From Nemertoderma westbladi (taxonomy: Eukaryota > Animalia > Xenacoelomorpha), in NCBI GenBank assembly GCA_032718475.1, contig JAUCBJ010008896.1:1-64000 (forward strand): a DNA stretch of 64,000 nt, given 5' to 3'. Positions 1 to 13,575 of this stretch are shown one piece after another; the stretch's first letter is position 1; every line of letters starts with the position of its first letter. A program made the translations under genes and the position numbers. The notes under the pieces were generated by a model, which was given only the letters and a program-made list of their open reading frames with translations, did not search any database and was not told the DNA's origin.

Positions 1-274
1 CCATTCTTTTTAAATACAAACCTGGCTTTTGTCTATAAAATTTTTAGAACAAAAAAACATTTTTTAGAACATTAATCTTTTCCAAATAAAATAGCTAACA
101 TGTTCTGGTACATTTCAAAAAAAGAAATTCACAAAAACTATCTAGTAGATAAAATTTGGTGAGGGGTGTACGCATACTGCACCAGTACCCAGTCGAATGG
201 ATGAAGATGATTGCGTCGAATTCCCCCCCCCCCCCCCTCCCCCTCCCCCTATCTGGGTGTTTCTTATTATCATT

Positions 275-878
275 TATTATTGGAGCTGTTCAAGGTGTCT
301 TAACCTCAACTGATAGTTTATTTTATCGAAAATAACTTATCTCTCTGTTGTAGAGACAAGTTATGATAGTGCAATGCATACTTTTTAACATGGTAGTTTG
401 CAAATTTTTGGAATTGCGAAATTCTTATGATGAAATTAATATCTCATATTCGTTAACAACACAACCTCTAGGACACAGGTATGTACTTGAGATATGGAGT
501 AGGACCTGTTAATTTTAAAGCCAGCTGCCATTTTATTGTCTCTAATTTATATTAATGTATTTTTTAAGGTGTGGGGAGGATTACTCCTATGTTTGCGCCA
601 GTTATTTTCGGTAAAATAAACTTATCATTCGAGGTTAAGAGCCCTCTAGAACAGAAGGGCATGAGGGGGGACATGTTAAAACGGGGAGATTAATTATTAC
701 AGATGTTGAAGACCGACACCCGCTGGTAAAGTTCCAATAGAACCATATGGTTTGAATCCCGGTCCCAGCGATAATTTTTCAACAAGTCAATATCTCTCAA
801 TATGATTCTATTTGAATTTTACCAGCGGGTGTCGGCCTTAAACATCTTTAATACCCCTAGAACAGTTGTTATAATAAA
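275..878. mobile_element. Composite MITE-like foldback element(s)
   Basis: About 283-337 is an imperfect inverted repeat of about 599-654, with a shorter partner at about 854-878. A separate near-perfect hairpin has arms at about 696-746 and 801-852 (gaccgacacccgctggtaaa / tttaccagcgggtgtcggcc). No ORF. Confidence 0.55.
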
Positions 879-3357
879 ACTGTATAGCAACAAGCACCAC
901 GAATATACAGCTATATGTTAACATGCTTTGTTAAAGAAATCCAATAAAAATGTAGGCCTACCTACCTAAGGACAAATTATAAATGGTTATTTCCTAACTT
1001 TGTTGAATATTCTGGAATTGCTATTTTTCCAGTTGGTATGATAACTAATTAAATGGCGAATAATAATAATACAGTTATTACATCACCTCCTGTGCCGTAG
1101 GCCTATATTCAATCAATTCAACAACAACTTCCCTTAAACAAATGGCAACCGACATAGACGAAGAGCGTGACAAAACCATAATGTCTTACGGCGATCTCAT
1201 ACTGTAGCTACTGTAGTATTATCCAGACACTGTTGTGTTTTTATAAGAAAATATTTATGGAAATTAAAGTATTTTTCAAGTTAATGTGCTAGAATATAGC
1301 ATTTTCTACGAAATTTTGGAGAAAAAAAATTTTTGGAGAAATTTAGGCTTAACACTTTTGGAAAACTTAATATTTGGCAAAACGTCAACCTGTTAAACCA
1401 TTAAATTGTCAAAAGTTGTCATACTTGCAAAAAGATGTCAAAAGATGTCAAGCCACACAATTATTATGTGGATTAAATCTTTTTTGCAATATTATGTGTG
1501 TTTTAACACTCTTTGACTTATTACAAATCCGGATTGTGGCTTAACTTTCTTGTATTTTTAAGGCATTTTTTCGTATTATTGGGCAATAGGATCTCATAAA
1601 TTAGGTAGCTTACACTTTCCTCTATCGAATGATACCAAAAACTCAATTTCGACAAAATGTGGGATAACACCCTATTATTGCATAACACCGTCCAGTTGGT
1701 CTAAATACCACCTCAGTTGCCTTACCTCATACAGGAATAAACACCGTAGATTTTATATATTCACGATGATTTAAGTACAACTGACATGTTGTTATTTAAA
1801 TTAGAAAGTGTACATGTAAATGTTAATTAATGTAAATATTAAGCCTAATAGGAAAGTGCTACAACATAAATATGCAAATGCCCATTGCTATGGTAACAAT
1901 AAGGACTTCACTGGTGATCATAACGGTAAACTACTGTATGTATACTAACCAACCGAGATATAAACACATGGACGCAGTTGAAGTATGCAGGCCTACAATA
2001 TGACTTTTTCGAGATTTTTTGCAGATTTCCAATAGTTTTCAAGTGTCATGGCAACAGAGTCAGACCTACTTGGTCTTTACTTAATTGTCTGGAATTAACA
2101 ATATTCAAGGTATTTGACCCTCAATGGATTTTATTTTACTTTCATGGTAACAACTGCATTTCACATGACGAAACATTTCAGAAGGTCATAATTTTCTTGC
2201 TTCCATGGTTACGGGGAGGCTGCCAATTAGTTTCAATGGAGCCACTGCTAGAAAATGAAGAGTGTGACATGCACAATATATTTATAGTTTTTCATGATTT
2301 TGAACACGTATTGGGTAACGGTTTAAGAAATTCCTGATATTTACCGTAAAAGGACGTTTTATGAAGTAGTTGCCATGGCAACCGGGTTTTGAAAATACCA
2401 CAATCGATTCTCTGATGGCGATTTAGTGGGGAGTAGGTAAGGGTTATTATTCTGTAGGAGTCTTGGAAAATTATGCTTTATAAATGACCCCCTGTAGCCA
2501 TGGTAATTGGGACTCTTTCTTATTAATATGCGGATTTTTCGTGGAACCATTGATTTTGATATTCACATAACTTTTGCGCTTCGTAGTAGCAATTTTCTTG
2601 CTTTTGTAAATTTTTTGCATATTTGCCATTTTAATAGCATAACAGACTCAACTAGTATGCAATATATTGTATACCCTATGGTAATACAGATCAGCTAGGG
2701 GTAAATGTGAAGTTAATTACCGCAGATTTATAATAATACTACAATATTTCCCTCAACTCGAAGTAGCGGTAAAACCCCATGGAATATGTCATGTGCGAAT
2801 TATCGTAGGCCCAACCCGGACACTCCCTGCAGTGCAGTGCCTAAGGGGGGATGTGTTCATTTATCACTCATGTACTGTATATAAATTATTGGGGGGTAAT
2901 GTAATCGAAGTTGGTACAATCCGGCATGTAATAAAGTTCTTTATTGCGTGGTCAATAATGTACAGTGCAATGTTATTTTCCCTATACTCGATAAATTCTA
3001 TGTACTGTAGGGGATCTACCGAGCCAAGAGAGATTGATAAAGAATTGAAACCCTAGTTAAAATATGGTCCACGTTATTTAATCCGTGAACCGGGATTAAA
3101 GGGTTGGGGGGGGGGGGGGGGGGGGGGAAACTGGCTTTCAAATGTGAGTCTCGTTTATTGTTTTGTTTAGAATAACGTCGCCTTTGTAAATAAATTTTCG
3201 CAATAATTTGAAACATAAACTTTATAAAGTAACTATCAGGAACCGACTTCCAACTATTCAATAGATTGTACAAAATTCGTAAATGTGTGGGTTGCTTAAT
3301 AATATACTGTACAAACATCATGGTGTTATTTTTTTTATTGGTGTGATAGCAAAGAAT

Positions 3358-3744
3358 GCTACGCCGGGTTCATTGTGTCAAGTACAATGCACACATCTCC
3401 AACCAGACACTATATAACATTGGAGGTGTCTCATTGGTTCCCCCAAGCTTGACACTAGAACAAAATCGCCTCCGCTTTGCAGGACATTGCTTTCGCCGTG
3501 AGGACCAGCCAGTGCATAATCTTGTACTTTGGCAGCCTCATGGAGTGAATAAGCATGGTGGACAGCCCATGACTTTCTTGAGACGCATCTTAAAGGACAC
3601 TGGCCTTAAAGATGCGGATGATCTAGCAAATGTCATGGGTGATAGGGAGTTGTGGCGGTGCAATTTTGTTGACAAGCCGGCACAGTATTCGTAAAAATGC
3701 AGCTGCAATGCAGCATGCCGATCCTAGTAGTAGTAGTAGTAGTA
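3358..3744 (+). mobile_element. 5'-truncated non-LTR retrotransposon (RTE-like) 3' end
   Basis: ORF with the post-RT motif RLRFAGHCFR...LVLWQP...DRELWR. (TAG)n tail at 3725-3744. 13-bp target-site duplication gatagcaaagaat at 3345-3357 and 3745-3757. Confidence 0.85.
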
Positions 3745-4214
3745 GATAGCAAAGAATTAAGTTTTTAATACTATAATGTCCAGATAGAGAATACTGATAA
3801 TTTGACTAGTTAAAATTTTCTACACAAAATTACCCAATTCCCGGTTCCGGAATAAAAAAAAAACATAATTATATAAAGAAAAAACAATAATAAGATTCTC
3901 CAAATTTAATTGACTAACTTTATATGAATCTATTTACTTTATCATACATCAATATATTTATATACTTGAATTACAAAATATAGTTTGAAGGACGAAGGTT
4001 TACTGTATGAACATATAATAATATACATTGTATATGAATATTGCGTGTTCAGTTAATTAATGAACAAATTACTAACAAATAATAATAATAATGTAATATA
4101 TGTTCAAGTTCGGCTTCAGTATTGTGGTTCAACAAATTGATTATTATTACTAGTAGTATAAACGACTAGACAACCTGATTAGGACACATCCCAGTGTTTT
4201 TATACACAGAAACA

Positions 4215-5690
4215 TCAGGAAATATTAAAGGAATCGGTATCTTTGCAATACGACACCGCATTACTCCCACTCACGTGGCAACCCTCCAGCAACTCTCGAG
4301 GTATCGGCAACCCCCGCGTACTAAAGTACCACTCCAAGTAACTCGCCTGCCAGTCTTTATACAGAGGATGATCCGTACCGTGGGTGGACACAAACATTCT
4401 ACCGCACTCCTCCAGGAAGCCACCCGCCGCGCTCATATTACCGGCGTACAACTCCAACGTAGCAACACGGAACAACTGCACGGATAACTGAGGGTAAACC
4501 TTCGGGTAATAATGTCTGTAACCAGACAGATTGCGCTTGGCGTACTCTAAAGCTTCGCTCCAATACTTTAAACCTACGCAAGCGTCAGTGGCTTTATCAC
4601 AAATCTTTAAGTAAACTACGCTGATCGGAGCGACAATTCCTTCGCAACTGTTAATAAACTCTTTCGTTATTTCGTAAAGATTTCTTTCAGACTCAGAATT
4701 AGTTAGTTCTTTTAAGATTACTTCACCTTTCTCTAACAGAGATGCTCCTTTTTCTTTTTGCGACGCTATCGCTCCCACAATGCAATCGCATCCATCGCAA
4801 GTAATCGTTGTATCGTTAGGAATCATGGGTAACTTACACGTAGTGCAAGGACACACTACGTAGCTATCTCTCTTATCAATTTGAGAACAAAGCGTGCAGC
4901 TACAACGGAATAAAAACTGTTTACTTAACTGTCTCTGGATCTCTTTACGACTCGAGAGAAGATCTACGTAGGATATCGAGATTTCGGCATTCATATCCAG
5001 GTCTTCAATGGCGCGCAGCTCGGCCTTCAATCCGTTGTAAACGACGGCGCAGTTGGGTTGACAGTCGTGGTTCACTAAAGACAATTCGGGGTAGACGCCG
5101 TAAGCAATATTCACTGCCATCTCGAGGTCCGTGATGGTGAAGGTGTTGCAGAGGACAGAACCCGCCAGTCGCTTTATCTCATTGTCCGAACGGTCCGTGG
5201 AAGTCATGGATTTTACTAACTCCAGTATCATCTGTAGATCCATAGAGGACAGCGGTTGGGAGCATAGACCGATGGGGGAGTTTGGGATAGCGGATTGGTT
5301 AGCGGTGTGTTGTTCCTTGGATGCGTCGAGTTTCCGCAGAAGACGACTGACCAATCGGATGGTCTCGGGTGGTTGGCTGGATTGCATGGGCGGTTGATGG
5401 AGGTGACGAAGAGCACGACACTCCCCACGGTGCTGGGAACGCCAATCTCGCGTTTGACACTCAGTACCGCAGTACCACGACAATTTGCAACCCGTGCAGC
5501 GTTGCAGTTTATGAGATGTCGAACCTTGCCGCAAACAACAGTCGCATCGTTGGCCCTTGAACTTATTAAGGATGACGTATGCGTATGGTTTGCTACTAAG
5601 CAACACGGTCCCCATAGATACATTATCTGTGGTACGAATACCACGTCCCCGTCCTGGGATAGAAAATACATTGCACAAATGTTGATCCAT
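4215..5690 (-). CDS. SET and MYND domain lysine methyltransferase (SMYD2/3-like), single exon
   Basis: N-terminal GRG, MYND finger CDCC..CTGC..YCGTECQ..W..H..EC, SET motifs NHDCQPN and EISISYVD, post-SET CSCTLC, and a TPR-like C-terminus. Uninterrupted 491-aa ORF. Confidence 0.92.
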   Translation of the reverse strand: MDQHLCNVFSIPGRGRGIRTTDNVSMGTVLLSSKPYAYVILNKFKGQRCDCCLRQGSTSHKLQRCTGCKLSWYCGTECQTRDWRSQHRGECRALRHLHQPPMQSSQPPETIRLVSRLLRKLDASKEQHTANQSAIPNSPIGLCSQPLSSMDLQMILELVKSMTSTDRSDNEIKRLAGSVLCNTFTITDLEMAVNIAYGVYPELSLVNHDCQPNCAVVYNGLKAELRAIEDLDMNAEISISYVDLLSSRKEIQRQLSKQFLFRCSCTLCSQIDKRDSYVVCPCTTCKLPMIPNDTTITCDGCDCIVGAIASQKEKGASLLEKGEVILKELTNSESERNLYEITKEFINSCEGIVAPISVVYLKICDKATDACVGLKYWSEALEYAKRNLSGYRHYYPKVYPQLSVQLFRVATLELYAGNMSAAGGFLEECGRMFVSTHGTDHPLYKDWQASYLEWYFSTRGLPIPRELLEGCHVSGSNAVSYCKDTDSFNIS

Positions 5691-6599
5691 ACCGGTAGCC
5701 TACCGTAGTTGATGGTGTACAAATATAACAAACCAACTCTCTCTACTCCACTACATAAATACAGAAATAGGCCTAGTACTGTAGTACTTTAGATAAGCTG
5801 TTCAGTTACTGGTAGTCAGCTTCTCAGCTACACAGCTACACTAGTTACTTAATTCTGTAATTAAAGTACCGGTAAATACAGAAATATAGGTAGGCCACCA
5901 AGCAAGGATGTCTGCATGTTGTCCTTCTGTCCTTGACGACCTGCAGCCAAGTCAATCTGTCAATGTTGTACAGTCGTAGGCGAAGCAACAAGTACAAAGT
6001 AAATAAATAAAACTTTGTAATGATTTATGTAGGCCTAAATAATAGGCCTAACATGCCTAAATAATAGGCCTAACATGCCTAATTTCCGAATTTTATATTT
6101 TTGAATAATGCGATGGGCGAAGGGCTGAAGGGGGACTCAGCTGCTCAGTACAACAGTATGCAGTAGGCGTAGGTCTATTATAACAATCCCGTGCAGCATG
6201 GATGGAGGACTTAATACTGGAGTTACTTTAAGCAGTTAAGTCTGTAAGTACCGGTCCGGTATTCCACTCCATGCATGCAGCCATGTAACGTCAGAACGTG
6301 TTAATACTCCGAATTTGAATGTCCCTCCAAATTTTACAAAATAGATACCGGTAACGGTTAGCCAGTAGCCAGATAATAGCAGTGTCCCAGTCGAAATTCC
6401 CTCTTTCAGCCTTAGGAATACCCCCCCCCCCCCCCCCCCCCCCCCCCACAATATCGCCTTGTTTGTCCCCGTACAGTCCCCCCCACCTCCCCCCCCTGGC
6501 CTAGTTGGAATACTTTATTTATTCTAAAATAATAATTAAATTAATTTAAATTAAATTATAATAAAAATTAATTTTAAATATTAGACAGTTATACCGTAC

Positions 6600-8629
6600 G
6601 GAGGCAGGACAATTCGGTGCGCACAATTCGGTACCACTAATTTTGTGTTTTGGGACCGAATTGTCCGTATACTGACTAGGACAATTAGGTCCCAAAACAT
6701 ACATATTAATGGAACCGAATTGTCCGGGACCGAATTGTCCGGGACCAAATTTTATTGGTACTATATAATGGTGAATGTTCTAGAACCTTAAAGTATTTTT
6801 ATTATGCTGTATAATATTTTTTTGAAAATAAAAATATTTTATTTTTTTTTGTTAAAATTTTTAGTTATGGTAGCTACTGTATATGGTGTTTTTATGGAGC
6901 TTGTGAATTATTCCGATAGAATCTCGCATCGATCAGCTAACAGCCAATCATATGTATCGTATAACACAGTCGCTATCTCCCTCGTATCTCTCATCATTGG
7001 TCCAGTTCAACTCTGTATTGGTTAATCTCAGACATGGATGTACTCGCGCTGTTGTTCCCTTGCGACGAACTATAACAGTAAGTGAATGCCTCTCGTTTCT
7101 AGGGCCGATGATATGGAACTCGCTACCATTGGATGTAAGAAATTCTGTCTCCCTGGAGACGTTCAAACACAAAGTCAAGAATTACTTACTCGGCAAACTG
7201 GCAATGAAGGATAACTCGATTTGGAATTAATAAATTTGCAAGTTATGGCTTGGGGGGGGGGGGGGGGGGGGGGGTATCACATAACTCTTAATTATTTTTT
7301 AGTTTTTAGTTATTTTTCAGTTGTAATTATTTGCTCTATTTGCTGCTTTATTTGATTTATTTTTTAAATTACATACTACGGTCTACCATATTTTAATCCG
7401 TAATGTTTTATTACGTCATAACTATTGTTTTTTTTTTCTTATTTTCTTTTTACCTAAGTTTTACATATTTCGATTTTACGACCTATTCGCTGCTTTATTT
7501 TTAAATTACGGTCTACCATACTTTATTCCTTGTGTGTATCTCTGTACTTCATAACTATTGCTATATTATTGCCTATGTTTTACATAACTCGATTTTATGA
7601 CATATTTGCTGCTTTATTTTTTAAATTCTTTCTGTTATATTTTTAAATTTCTAACTGAACTACGGTCTACCATATTTTATTTATTTGCTCTGTTATATTT
7701 CTATCTGCACCAGAACTTTATTTTTTATTTTTATTTTTTTTAATTATGTACTACAGTATGTCTTCCATATTTTATTTCTTTGTGTCAGTCGGAACATCAT
7801 AAATATTGCTACTGTATATCTATAACTTAATTTTTTAGTGTTTTCCATATTTCGAATTGCTGTTATATTTTTTTAATTACGTAGGTACTGTACTATGGTC
7901 TACCATATTTTATTTAGTTGCATGTTAAACTGCACGTGATTCCTGTATAATTCAGTTTAATTTAAAGGGACCTCCATGGAAACGAGGTATAACCTCATGG
8001 GGCTATCCCTAACATTGTACTGTACTATAATTTAATATTATGTTGGTTGCATTATTTTTAAAACAGACAATCTCCATATACCGGTTTTTAATATGCTGTT
8101 TGCTGTTTATGTTATTGTTATGTACGATGTTAATAAAAAACTTCAACTTCAACTTCATTTACTAGCTAGTAATAGTATGTATTTAAAATGTTTAAAACGG
8201 ATTTTTTTAATATGTTGGGTATACAGCTACCTTAATAAATACTATATAGTAATGTTCGCGAACACTTACCAATAACAAATACATCGTACTTTTTAAATTT
8301 CAAAAAAATTCAAGAACAAGCTACCATAAAAAAATATATCTACTAATGTTGTAGAACATTCACCAATATCAAAAAAGCACTAAAAAACGCTAAAAAGTTT
8401 TTATCAGGAACCGGACAATTCGGACCCTGACAATTCGGTCCTAGGACAATTCGGTCCAGGACAATTCGGTTCCGGACAATTCGGTCCCAATAATTTAGTG
8501 TTTTGGGACCGAATTGTCCGGGACCGTATTGTCCGGGACCGAATTAACCGGGACCGAATTGTCTGGACCGAATTAACCGGGTCCGAATTGTCTGGGACCG
8601 TATTGTCCGGACCGAATTGTCCTACATCT
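6600..8629. mobile_element. Non-autonomous Mutator/foldback-like DNA element
   Basis: Termini ggaggcaggacaattcgg / ccgaattgtcctacatct, with arrays of a ~15-bp ggacaattcggtcc unit in both orientations near each end. 9-bp TSD ataccgtac at 6591-6599 and 8630-8638. Confidence 0.75.
6910..8157 (+). mobile_element. 5'-truncated CR1/L2-like LINE nested in the foldback element
   Basis: ORF 6952-7230 ends in GPMIWNSLPLDVRNSVSLETFKHKVK, a typical CR1/L2 ORF2 C-terminus. It is followed by a long T-rich 3' UTR, AATAAA and a (CTTCAA)3 tail at about 8132-8157. The 5' boundary is approximate. Confidence 0.7.
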
Positions 8630-9046
8630 ATACCGTACAGGTGTAGTAATAATTGCGTTTTAGTTTTTTAAGGGGAACCAACTTTACAACATAATTTATG
8701 GGTCTCATAACACCATGGCAACAGGAGGTTTTTATTGCTTGGTCTTTATTTGTTTATGGAAACCAATATCCATACCTTATGTAACAGCTGGCAGCTTCTT
8801 AGTAGGAATATAGATGTTGGTCTATCAGACCCTTTGCTACATAATCTCATAAAACAGACGAATTATATACTATTATAAACGAATCCTTCTAATAACATTG
8901 AGCTACTTTGATCCAAAATGCAACAGGCAGCAATGCATATACTGTATGTTTCGGTATTGATTGGATATTATATAACATATAGAACGCGTGTTAAATTCAT
9001 TCAAAGAAAGATTGTATTCTACATTGTTTATTGTAATTCTATAATA

Positions 9047-9154
9047 ATGTTAAAGGCAACTATTATTCTAGTTTTAGCTCTGGTAGCAGTTTTACCTTTG
9101 GAGTGCCTTGGAGAGAACATTGGGGACTCAAACAAAATGGTTGAAAGAGGCAAT
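9047..9154 (+). CDS. Exon 1 (signal peptide) of a secreted tandem fibrinogen-related-domain protein
   Basis: MLKATIILVLALVAVLPLECLG is a signal-peptide-like sequence. Phase-0 donor AAT|GTTAGT at 9155 is compatible with the phase-0 acceptor at 49678. The exon is conserved in a second copy at 58891. The join is inferred. Confidence 0.65.
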
Positions 9155-9175
9155 GTTAGTTTGTTTTTAAGGCAG

Positions 9176-12100
9176 ATCTACCCTCACTGCGTCCCAACTC
9201 CTCTCTGACCTCCCTACCCCCACTGCGTCCCAACTCCTCACCGATCTCCCTACCCCCACTGCGTCCCAACTCCTCTCTGATCTCCCTACCCTCACTGCAT
9301 CCCAACTCCTCTCTGATCTCCCTACCCCCACTGCGTCCCAACTCCTCACCAACCTCCCTACCCTCACTGCGTCCCAACTCCTCTCTGATCTCCCTACCCT
9401 CACTGCATCCCAACTCCTCTCTGATCTCCCTACCCTCACTGCATCCCAACTCCTCACCGATCTCCCTACCCTCACTGCTTCCCAACTCCTCTCTGATCTC
9501 CCTACCCTCACTGCGTCCCAACTCCTCACCGACCTCCCTACCCCACTGCGTCCCAACTCCTCTCTGACCTCCCTACCCCCACTGCGTCCCAACTCCTCAC
9601 CGATCTCCCTACCCCCACTGCGTCCCAACTCCTCTCTGATCTCCCTACCCTCACTGCATCCCAACTCCTCTCTGATCTCCCTACCCCCACTGCGTCCCAA
9701 CTCCTCACCAACCTCCCTACCCTCACTGCGTCCCAACTCCTCTCTGATCTCCCTACCCTCACTGCATCCCAACTCCTCTCTGATCTCCCTACCCCCACTG
9801 CGTCCCAACTCCTCACCAACCTCCCTACCCTCACTACGTCCCAACTCCTCTCTGATCTCCCTACCCTCACTGCATCCCAACTCCTCTCTGATCTCCCTAC
9901 CCCCACTGCGTCCCAACTCCTCACCAACCTCCCTACCCCCACTGCGTCCCAACTCCTCACCGATCTCCCTACCCCCACTGCGTCCCAACTCCTCTCTGAT
10001 CTCCCTACCCTCACTGCATCCCAACTCCTCTCTGATCTCCCTACCCCCACTGCGTCCCAACTCCTCACCAACCTCCCTACCCTCACTACGTCCCAACTCC
10101 TCTCTGATCTCCCTACCCTCACTGCATCCCAACTCCTCTCTGATCTCCCTACCCCCACTGCGTCCCAACTCCTCACCAACCTCCCTACCCCCACTGCGTC
10201 CCAACTCCTCACCGATCTCCCTACCCCCACTGCGTCCCAACTCCTCTCTGATCTCCCTACCCTCACTGCATCCCAACTCCTCACCGATCTCCCTACCCCC
10301 ACTGCGTCCCAACTCCTCTCTGATCTCCCTACCCTCACTGCATCCCAACTCCTCTCTGATCTCCCTACCCTCACTACGTCCCAACTCCTCTCTGATCTCC
10401 CTACCCTCACTGCATCCCAACTCCTCTCTGATCTCCCTACCCCACTGCGTCCCAACTCCTCACCGACCTCCCTACCCTCACTGCATCCCAACTCCTCTCT
10501 GATCTCCCTACCCTCACTGCGTCCCAACTCCTCACCGACCTCCCTACCCCCACTGCGTCCCAACTCCTCACCGATCTCCCTACCCTCACTGCATCCCAAC
10601 TCCTCTCTGATCTCCCTACCCCCACTGCGTCCCAACTCCTCACCAACCTCCCTACCCTCACTGCGTCCCAACTCCTCTCTGATCTCCCTACCCCCACTGC
10701 GTCCCAACTCACCAACCTCCCTACCCTCACTGCATCCCAACTCCTCTCTGATCTCCCTACCCGCACTGCGTCCCAACTCCTCACCGACCTCCCTACCCCA
10801 CTCCGTCCCAACTCCTCACCAACCTCCCTACCCTCACTGCGTCCCAACTCCTCTCTGATCTCCCTACCCCCACTGCGTCCCAACTCCTCACCAACCTCCC
10901 TACCCTCACTGCGTCCCAACTCCTCTCTGATCTCCCTACCCCCACTGCGTCCCAACTCACCAACCTCCCTACCCTCACTGCATCCCAACTCCTCTCTGAT
11001 CTCCCTACCCGCACTGCGTCCCAACTCCTCACCGACCTCCCTACCCCCACTGCGTCCCAACTCCTCACCAACCTCCCTACCCTCACTGCGTCCCAACTCC
11101 TCTCTGATCTCCCTACCCCCACTGCGTCCCAACTCACCAACCTCCCTACCCTCACTGCGTCCCAACTCCTCTCTGATCTCCCTACCCTCACTGCATCCCA
11201 ACTCCTCTCTGATCTCCCTACCCCCACTGCTTCCCAACTCCTATCTGATCTCCCTACCCTCACTGCATCCCAACTCCTCTCTGATCTCCCTACCCCCACT
11301 GCGTCCCAACTCCTCACCAACCTCCATACCCTCACTGCGTCCCAACTCCTCTCTGATCTCCCTACCCCCACTGCGTCCCAACTCCTCACCAACCTCCCTA
11401 CCCTCACTGCATCCCAACTCCTCTCTGATCTCCCTACCCTCACTCCGTCCCAACTCCTCACCAACCTCCCTACCCCACTGCGTCCCAACTCCTCTCGGAC
11501 CTCCCTACCCCCACTGCGTCCCAACTCCTCACCGATCTCCCTACCCTCACTGCGTCCCAACTCCTCACCGACCTCCCTACCCCACTCCGTCCCAACTCCT
11601 CACCAACCTCCCTACCCTCACTGCGTCCCAACTCCTCTCTGATCTCCCTACCCCCACTGCGTCCCAACTCCTCACCAACCTCCCTACCCTCACTGCATCC
11701 CAACTCCTCTCTGATCTCCCTACCCTCACTGCGTCCCAACTCCTCACCGACCTCCCTACCCCACTCCGTCCCAACTCCTCACCAACCTCCCTACCCCACT
11801 GCGTCCCAACTCCTCTCGGACCTCCCTACCCCCACTGCGTCCCAACTCCTCACCGATCTCCCTACCCTCACTACGTCCCAACTCCTCTCTGATCTCCCTA
11901 CCCCCACTGCGTCCCAACTCCTCACCAACCTCTCTACCCTCACTGCGTCCCAACTCCTCTCTGAACCCCTACCCTCACTCCGTCCCAACTCCTCACCAAC
12001 CTCCCTACCCCACTGCGTCCCAACTCCTCTCTGATCTCCCTACCCTCACTGCGTCCCAACTCCTCTCTGATCTCCCTAACCTCACTGCATCCCAATTCCT

Positions 12101-12300
12101 CTCTGATCTCATAACCCCACTACGTCCCAACTCATCTCTGATCTCATACCCTCACTGCGTCCCAACTCATCTCTCTGATCTCCCTAAACCCACTGCGTCC
12201 CAACTTCTCACCGATCTCCCTATCCCTACTATGTCCCAACTCCTCTCTAATCCCCCTACCCTCACTGCGTCCCAACTCATCTCTCTGATCTCCCTACCCT
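9176..12300. repeat. 36-bp C-rich minisatellite array 1 (about 85 units)
   Basis: Consensus CTGATCTCCCTACCCYCACTGCRTCCCAACTCCTCT, with 33- and 35-bp variants. It degenerates at the 3' end. Confidence 0.97.
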
Positions 12301-12722
12301 TGCCTGAACCCTACGCCGTTTCAACCAACCGCGACCAATTAATCGTTTGGTATCCTTAAGCGTTTTAATAGCCCCAAAAATGTTGTTTGTCCGGGAATTA
12401 TTTCAGTGTTTTTCTTATTTTTTTTTAGCAACCAACAATTCTCTGACTGATATTCGCTCCGGGTATAAGTTTATTTTCTATATAGAGTTTATTATTATCG
12501 CTTCACCGTACTCTGTCACACGAGAATAGCATTAAATAACTCAACAACCGTTTGGTTTTCTGAGACGAAATTACCACACCATCTAGCGGTTGTATTATAT
12601 TATTGCTTTTCTTATTATAAGTATCCGATAATAAAGTAGAAACTAGATACAATTAATTTCTTACAATTTCCAGGGCTAATCTCGCTATTTTTCATCGTTA
12701 TATATCATTATTAATATATTAA

Positions 12723-13447
12723 GGGGGGGGGGGGGGGGGGTACACCATTTTCGGACAACTCTTCGATTTATCACTCTCAGGGTTTCAAAATTGTTTGGTT
12801 TTGGCTAAAATTTGGCATATGGGTGCATAAGATGCTATTCTACATGACAGGTCAGAAAAAATTGTTTTTTCGCAATTTAATATTAGTTAATACTAGTTAA
12901 CAATAAAAAAAAACTTGGTTGCGCTTAAAACCCTAAGGCTTTTACAGTTTTGAACCTAATCACATGAAAGTTTTTTTATATGATAGATCAAAGATGGGGC
13001 AACATAACTATCAGGCGAAATTTTGTTAAAATAATTCTGAACCGCTAGGTGGCGCTGCAAATTTATGCTAATTTTTAGGTTTTTTATAAATAGTATTAAA
13101 TTTTATTAACAAAAAATTTCGAAAAGTTGTCTGATATTTTTATGCAGGGTGGCTATCTAGACACCCACAGGAAGTTTCAGACTAATTACTCAAAAATTGT
13201 AGAAGTAGTAGGGTTTTGAAGTTGACAATTTCATGAAAAAAATATTTGGAGATACCGACCTTTCATTATACATAGTAATAGTAATTTCAATAGGATTCCC
13301 TAAATGGATATTTACATAACTTGAAAACTAAAAGAGCTGTTAAATAGCGGTTTTCAGATTTGGAAACACCATTCAGTGGTGCATTATAATAGACCATAAA
13401 AAAAATATTGACATATTTTGGACCAAAATGGTGTATCCCCCCCCCCC
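12723..13447. mobile_element. Non-autonomous TTAA-targeting DNA transposon with GG termini (Kolobok-like MITE)
   Basis: TTAA at 12719-12722 and 13448-13451. TIRs (G)n-tacaccatttt / aaaatggtgtat-(C)n. Confidence 0.75.
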
Positions 13448-13575
13448 TTAATACTATATACTAAGAGTTCACATTCATGGACCGATAAACAGTTGCCCCC
13501 AATGATCGAAAAATGTTTAACCTAATTTGGTGAAAAATCTAAAACAAGGTGTGTAAATGGTTTCGCGTGGTATCG

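Noticed and set aside
749-772. tRNA gene (ggtttgaatccc B-box-like)
   Set aside because: No A-box or cloverleaf; it lies in the loop of a MITE hairpin.
222-7274. Long poly-C/poly-G runs (222, 3105, 6421, 7253)
   Set aside because: Scattered homopolymers that recur throughout the window, with unreliable lengths and no specific organisation.
9156-11988. Long repetitive ORFs (GREIREELGRSE / VGRSERSWDAVR) and possible CRISPR-like periodicity
   Set aside because: These are by-products of a 36-bp tandem repeat. Frames are broken by 33/35-bp units, there are no unique spacers or cas genes, and the context is eukaryotic.
12429-12462. Possible micro-exon after a ttttttag acceptor
   Set aside because: In phase 0 it hits a stop (CAA CCA ACA ATT CTC TGA), and other phases do not fit the flanking exons.
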